DNA of 59,795 bases, from assembly GCF_026571515.1 (NCBI RefSeq), contig NW_026859932.1:186001-245795 (forward strand). The letters run 5' to 3'. This DNA comes from Ruditapes philippinarum. Taxonomy: Eukaryota. A program made the position numbers and the translations under genes. This document shows, in pieces, positions 52,816 through 59,795 of this stretch; the stretch's first letter is position 1; each line of letters begins with the position of its first letter. The notes beneath the pieces were generated by a model that was not told the DNA's origin, ran no database searches, and saw nothing but the letters and a program-made list of their open reading frames with translations.

Positions 52816-55800
52816 GAAAAAATATCTAGCAAGCTTTCAAAAATTTTTTGGGTTTTAACTTGGTGCCCTTCATGCCTGAATAAATTTCGAAGGGCAGCCC
52901 AGATTCATTGCAAAATTTTAAATTATCTATTATCTGTTTAAGGGAAAACGCATCATTTACAGCAACAAAAAAAAATTCTTTCAATAAAGAATTTAAATTT
53001 CTGTTTGGGTTGACCAAAAAAAAACCGTTTTTTTTAGGCAATTTTCCCCAAAATAAACGAAATAAAAACCATTTTTGTCGGGGGAAAAAATTACTTTTTT
53101 TTTGCAAATCTCTTGTTGTAATTTTTTCATTTTTCCTGTATCTGCCCGACGGGTACGAGAATTATCCATGTGTGCCCAAAAATTTTAAAAATATTAAGAG
53201 GGATATTTAAAAATACTTTTCAGTTTAAATTATGGTGGAAAGGGGTTGTCCATAAAAAAGGGGAAACACCCGATACGGTAATGGCTTTGGGGCATAAATG
53301 TTATTTTAAAAATAACTGTATTAAAAAGATTCTAAACCTTTTTAAAACCATTTTTAAATAATGGGGTGGGGTTTCAAATATTAAAAAGTTTTTTGATTTT
53401 TAAAAAAAATTTTGAAAAAAAAACTGGGGGAGGACCCTTTTTTTGGGTTTTTTTTTTAAGTTGTTTCTTTTTAAAAACCCCCCGGGCCTTCTCTTTTTGA
53501 ATGCATTCAAGGGTTTTTATCAAGGGCTGTTTTTTTTTATTTTTACAGGCAAAAAAAAAGTACCCGTTAGACCAAAAAAGTTATTTTTTAAAACCCAAAG
53601 TGAACCCTGCCGCCCTTTTCGAAACTCGTAATTTGACAAAATCTATAAGGAAAAACCCTTCCAAACCCTTTGTTTAAAAAAATTTACATGTGATGCCTTT
53701 TTTTAGATGGAAATTTAAAAATGCTGGAAAAAAATTTTAAAATAAAAAGGGAGGGTTTTAGTTTTTAAAATTTTCCCAAAAAAGGGAAGAAAAACCCCTG
53801 CATGGGCAAAAATTTAAAATTTGGGCATTACAAAAATCACAAAGGGAAATTTTTCCCTTTAGAAAATATTGTTTTAAACCCTCAAAAGGAAAGAATTTTA
53901 AAAACAAATTAAAAGGAAATTTAAAAAACCATAAAAAATGATATATATTTAAAGTATTAAATTTTTTGACGCTTGTTTTAGAAATTTAATTTTGCCCTTA
54001 AAAAGATAAAAGACTGGTTTTTTACGTTTATCCCCTTTAAAAACCCTTGGGGGGTTTTTTGTAAGAAAGGAGGCTTTAAATTAAAGACTTAAATCGGCTT
54101 TTTTAAAAAAGCGGGCCTTTTCCCCGATTTTACTAATTTTTTACCCGGGCAATATTATTTAAAGGGTTAAAATGGTAGCTCTGCAAATTTAGTCTTAAAA
54201 AAAACATGAGAGGGGTAAAAAACAAATGAAATTTTTAAAAAAATTTCTTCATGGAAAAATGTCGAAAAAAGGCTTTCCCGTTTTGGGAATATATTGTTTT
54301 TTCGACCGACCAATAGATTTAATGCGGGATAACAAATTGATCCAACAAAATCAAATAAAATTAGTTGAAATATATATATTGTATTATTATATAATTATTT
54401 AACTAAGTGGTTTAAACTGGATGAGTTCTAAGAAACATAAATCGAACTTAAATGTGTTAATGAATCAGAATGTGCTAAGAAAAAAGTATTAATCCGAGAT
54501 TCTTGTTAAACGATTGATTCTTTAAAGGAATCTTACCCATGTAGTGTTTCTGTTATGAAATATTTTTTAAACTATTCGAGGTTTGTTTTACCATTCTTTC
54601 CAATAATTTATAAAATAATAAATATAGTTGATAATTGAAAGCTTAGTTCTGGCAATCTATATATATTCTCTATCCTAAAGCCGATAACAACATCAGTGAT
54701 ACGGTGATATAACAACACTAAACAAATGTAAGTTATTAAGTTATCTAAATATACTTGTCCCCATAGGAGATTGAGAAGTTAGGTGTCTTTGCTCGATTGG
54801 ATGTTTTATTCTCTTTTAAATTTTACATATTAGATGCTATCTGAAAAGTTCAAGAAATAACAAACGAAAAAAAGGAAAGGTTACTTCTATAAAATTCCTT
54901 TAAACGTCGCATTTAGTAAAAAAATAAAATGAGAACAAGATCAACATAAGGAAAAGGAACATGACATAATAGACGTAATTCTGTACATAATATTATATTG
55001 GCGCAAACGGTGCGAGTCCGAACAATTCATTTGTGTCCTGAACAAAGTTGAATGTCGTAATTACTTTTATTTAATGTTTTTTTTTTAAGATAACATACCT
55101 TAAACTTAAAAGAAACAAATGTGTGGTTTGATTAACAAACAACCATTATCAAGACGCAAGAGCTACTTATGCTAACTAGAGCATATTACAATAAACAACT
55201 CGTTTGTTCAGGAAGTTAAAATTAGCCACAAATCCAATAAAATCAAATTGTTAGTTGAAAAAATATTTCAAAAACAGGAATGGGTTCTCCTATTGCAAAA
55301 TAACTTAGCCGTTACTTAAAAAACAAGCAAGTATTTTCTTGAATAAAATAGAAAAAAGTCGTTGTCTTAACTGTTAAAAGGGTTATTTCTATTCTATATG
55401 CATTATCGATAAAGTACTAGAGGAGAGAGAGGAGAGATAGTTATGATTTTAGATAGAGGTTTTCATTGCAATCCATATCAATTTGAAACGGATTGTATAT
55501 TTTTAAACGATACACTTATTCTGATGTATTAAAATCGTTGCTTCTTTATTCCTCATTTTTATAGTTTGCTCAGATCACTTTTTCCTGAAATATTTTATGA
55601 TTTATGCTCCTATACAAGCTTGAGTTAACGCTAGTACTTTTCAAATAAGGAACTAATTTAGACTCAGAATTGTTTTATGATAAAGTTTCCTAAATAAATG
55701 TTGTTATAATTATATAGATGATTGAAAAGATAAGTTTACAAGGTGATCATGGCCGTGAAACAATTGAATCGTCTACATCAATGGAACTATAATATATTCT

Positions 55801-58380
55801 GGTGCCATGAGTTCAATCAAAGTTGTTACAGGCACAAACACATTTTGGTCCAAAAAATTCATATGGATTTACCACGTATTATTTTAGACGTGATAAAGTT
55901 CTAAGCGTTGAAATTGCATGGATGTAGAAATTGTAAGAACTTGGAACGTAATAAAATTTACTACTACTAACATTACTTTTTATGTTAAAACACTGCTGTT
56001 CGGTTCTTTCTATAAACGGGATTATTATACTATTGTGTGCCAATCAATAATTGCAATAATATCTCTGAGATGTTTATTCCTTTCTAATAAGATTACACTG
56101 AGTAAACGATTGTCGCTCTTCACGAAATAAAAGGAGATCAATAACCGGGTGAAAAAATACAATTCGAAATGATAAGAAGCAAATATAAACAAGTAATTTA
56201 ATTACAGCCAAGATTGAAAAAGAAATTATATTACAAATTTGTGATTTATTTAACATTTATACCAAACGAGGAGAAAAAGCTAAAAACAATTTAAAAGATA
56301 TTACATTAAATGAATTGATTCATAATGGAAGTATGCAAAACCATAAAAAATATTTGATAGCATTTAGTACAATAATCCGAACAATCCCGCACATAATTCC
56401 CCCCAACAAATTACGGAAAATTTTTTGAATATTTATAAGTAATCGCGAATTATGTTCGTTATATAATAAACCTAATAAAAGTGTTCCAGAACAAAACATA
56501 ATTATTCATCATATAAATGTTCATACTTTATTACTTAGAATTAGATCAACATTTTTCTCTCAAAAACTATTTTGAAGTATCATTATGATTCATTTGTATT
56601 GTTTTATTAATATTTGAAATACTATTGAAAATGTGCCCATTGTAGAAAAATCCACTTTATCTAAAAGAATTCTGTAATAAAATTAATTCTTGAAGGTATT
56701 TTTTTCTGTTTCATGTTGCTTTCCGAAAAGTACTTATCTAACAATAATGTTAGTCATTAATAAATCAAAGAGAAGGCTTTCGTAATTATTTGTTAAACTT
56801 ATACTAAGGCTTCCAGGCAAGTAAACAAAAGATGAAAGTTACATAACGAAATCACATCATTCAAATAGTTCTCTTGTTTGGACCACATTTGATAAAATTA
56901 ACCACGTAAAGTTGAAATCAATTTATAATAGTCATTAATATTTACTACAAATGAAAGTTAATTGCTCAATTATGTCTTATTGTCTTATGTTTCTAAAATA
57001 TTTAAGGTAATTAATCTGATAATTTGTCTCTTTATTTTTGATGAACTTTAAAATTCCTACATTAATTTATAAATTGCAAAATCGATAAACATGATTTGAG
57101 TATTGGGTACATTTGTGTGTATGATAAAATTAAACAAAGTCATATTTTCTTAAATAGGCTTTGGTACAGTTATCTGTCAGTTAAAATCTTGTTAAACATT
57201 ATAATAAAGAAACGTAACGACACGTTCTGCTTTAACAATAACAAACCACAAGCGAAGCAGAATAATGACTAATATCCTAAAATCATATCATGAGTTTTGT
57301 ATCTCAGGAAAACAAAGGATGACAACAATCCAACAGATTACTCTGCTATTCCAATTCTCAGTAATTGCTTTATACGCAGAAAACTAATTTCTTGAAATAA
57401 TATTTTACCAAACACATCGTTAGAAGTTTTGTCAAAGATTAACTTCGTCTTTATCTTGATTATTTAAGTATTCACCTGCTCATGAACGATAATTGTTCTA
57501 ATTAAGAACACTGTAAGCAGTGCTAAAAAATATTAGTACACGGAGGTCAGGATTCTCTGTTGTTTAAAAAGGTAACCGCAAGTAAAGTTATATTAAATAA
57601 TCTCTTGTTCATTAAAATGATATTAACTCAAGTATTATCTAAAAATTAAAAGCAAAATCACCAAGAAAGGGCGCGTTAGAACCACCCCCAGCGATCCAAG
57701 CAGACCAAAACCCGCCAATAGAAGCCAGCAGGTTCCCCGAGAAGTCAGGGCAACAAAGGCAAATTCGGACGGGGTGATTACTTGATAATGTATTAAGAGG
57801 AATAATTGAGAAACCGACAAGAGGAAATTAAAAGATAAAGTTAATAATACACGTTTTAAAATGAATTTCAGTTTAAAAATAATTATGGTGAAAATTGCCA
57901 ACAAACGAAGCAATGTGTTCGTAATTTTTAATAAATTCAATTTTTAAGAAGAAGCCTAATGTTTATTTGGTTTAAATTTAACACTTTTTCGCATATTATC
58001 TGCTAAACAAAGACGCAATTTAACGATCACGGGATTTACTTAAAGGCCGGGGTAGCAATATAATGAGCAAACGTGCATTGTTATTCACTCGAAAGTATCA
58101 TTTACCACATAAGACGTTAGAGATTCCAACATGCTCGGTCATTACTTAACATTTTGATATTGTAATTGCTAAGATTAAATTTGCTTATTGTTTACAACCC
58201 TACACAAGTTTTTATCTCATCAACTCGTGAAACCATTCCAAACATTCATTTATTTAAATACATTTGCCTCAGATCGTATCAACAAATAAGGATATTAAAC
58301 GTAAAATAATTTTAGATGAAGCCAAAACCGTACTTGTGTTTTTGCAAAGACATAACATTAGGATTAATAAGCATTTTAAA

Positions 58381-58572
58381 GTTTGTTTGTTGATTGGGTT
58401 TTATGTCGCACCGACACAGTATAGGTTATAGGCGACGTTCCAACTTTACTAGTAAAAGAATACTTCAGGTGCCCTGAATAGCTTCCTCACATGAAAGAAT
58501 CCAAAGTCCCTGTCGGGATTCGAATCCACACTTTGAGAGGAAAAAGGTTTAAGTCAACGATAAACCCCGCCC
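58381..58572 (-). mobile_element. Duplicate of the Meta-type SINE with an internal deletion
   Basis: Same flanks as 46,183. Jumps from CAGGTGCCCT to ATAGCTTCC, lacking ~55 bp. Confidence 0.8.
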
Positions 58573-59795
58573 AAACTTTTTAAAGTGTATATAATACAGT
58601 AAAATCATTATACAAAACCCAATTTTTTTTTAAAAAACAGATAAAATAATCTTTTTTCTTGTTTTTATTAAATACAAAATTTTGAGAGACATGTTTTTCA
58701 AACTATTTTTTAAAAATTTTTTTAAAAAATTGTTTTATCTTTAAAAAAATCCAAAAAAACTTTTTTAGTCTTGGCACTTGGCAATATCACTAAAAAACAT
58801 TGTTAAAGACGTTTCTTTTTGTACCGTCATCTTAATTGCAAATCTCTCTTTTAAACCCTTACAATTTATCATTTATTTTTCTTTGGCACACAGTATTAAA
58901 AATAAGCTTTTTTGAAAACCAAAAAAAAAAAATATTAAAGAATGAACCTTTTCATTTTTTGACAAAAAACTATTAAATGAGGTATTTTTAATAAATATTG
59001 TCGCTTTGTAAACGCGTTTTTTTACATATAAAAGGGTATTCATTTTTAATATGTCTATAATTCAGGAAGTATGTTTCATAGAAGCGGATGAAAATACATA
59101 TTCAAAGAAGTGGCGTTTTAATTTGCAGTAAGAACAATTCGTTTTTAATTCATCAATGGTTTTTATTCCCATAAATACAGGAAGTTTTTTTAACGAGTGG
59201 TAGAAAAATAACATATTTCATGAGTGGTGTTTTAATTTGCAGTAAGAACATTTCGTTTAAGATTCCACAATTTGCAGTAACGGTAAGTGTCCTATAAAGT
59301 CCCGAAAACATTCAAAATACAAATAAAAATTGCTGGGCATGAGACAATGTGATTGGCACGGCGGAAAAACTAAAAATGAAAGAGAAAACATAGCTCCGAC
59401 AAAATAACAAAAACAACAGTTAAAAGGGTAATGATAAAGGTACTCCAAATAAGCATTCGCGAATTGACTGTTTAAATTTTTTAGAAGGGTTTTTAAGTAT
59501 TTTAATTTAATTTTAAAGAGCAAGTAATGTAGTAAAGCAGTAATTTTTTCATTCTTTTTTTTTGCACACCTCTTGGTGAGATTTATCCAAGAAGTTTAAT
59601 GTTTTATATCTCAAAGGCTTTTTAGTTATGACCCGGCAAAAAAAAGTATGAAAAAAAAAATAGGACAATAACGAAAAAAAGGCACGATTGGGTTTATTCT
59701 ATATGCTGCTTTCCACCTAAATGAGATTACCATCTGGTTTCAAATTGTAAACCCCGAACACTTTTTAGATAAACTAGCAAAAACTATAAAAAACA

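Larger units (their letters stand above)
52440..59309 (+). repeat. Direct duplicate of 40,520-47,036 (~12 kb offset), partly low-quality consensus
   Basis: Collinear throughout. 55,561-55,780 is essentially identical to 43,310-43,528. The match ends at GTAAGTGTC.TATAAAGTCCCGAAA. Homopolymer-distorted at 52,440-54,300 and beyond 58,560. Confidence 0.9.

Noticed and set aside
52826-53631. Lys/Phe-rich overlapping ORFs (also 6,047-6,355)
   Set aside because: They arise from homopolymer-distorted sequence; the clean paralogue at ~40,900-41,400 has no such ORFs.
1-56300. CRISPR-like repeat-spacer array or LTR elements
   Set aside because: The repeated blocks are hundreds of bp, diverged and kb apart. 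There are no cas, gag or pol remnants and no TG..CA-bounded LTR pairs with a PBS.
1-59795. ORF-track ORFs (60-109 aa) as real CDS
   Set aside because: They are short, many have non-ATG starts, none has a domain I recognise, and frames are not maintained between paralogous copies. Their lengths are near what chance gives in this much DNA.

Overview
AT-rich (roughly 30% GC by eye), apparently gene-free animal DNA. It is most likely a bivalve (clam-type) nuclear genome, inferred from CORE-, V- and Meta-type tRNA-derived SINEs and Helentron-type non-autonomous elements. I cannot support any intact protein-coding gene; the ORF track looks like chance ORFs or homopolymer noise. The dominant structure is a nested array of duplications. 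About 10 same-orientation, old, whole or partial copies of a ~3-4.5 kb non-coding unit share an ordered set of recognisable blocks (A, B, C/D, E, F) across 1-44,000 and 53,100-56,300. Younger duplications overlie them: an 8.3 kb tandem (1-7,500 vs 8,301-15,080), 2,440-7,934 vs 26,490-31,650, 18,819-21,600 vs 31,797-34,800, and 40,520-47,036 vs 52,440-59,309. A degraded inverted copy (15,100-18,818) and homopolymer-distorted stretches point to an under-polished long-read assembly, so some 'duplications' may be artefacts or haplotigs. Other candidates are a GC-rich island encoding an SPKK/SPRK basic peptide (45,388-45,546) and a possible spliced, mostly non-coding transcript from ~46,900. All alignments were made by eye, so identities are rough estimates and most boundaries are approximate.
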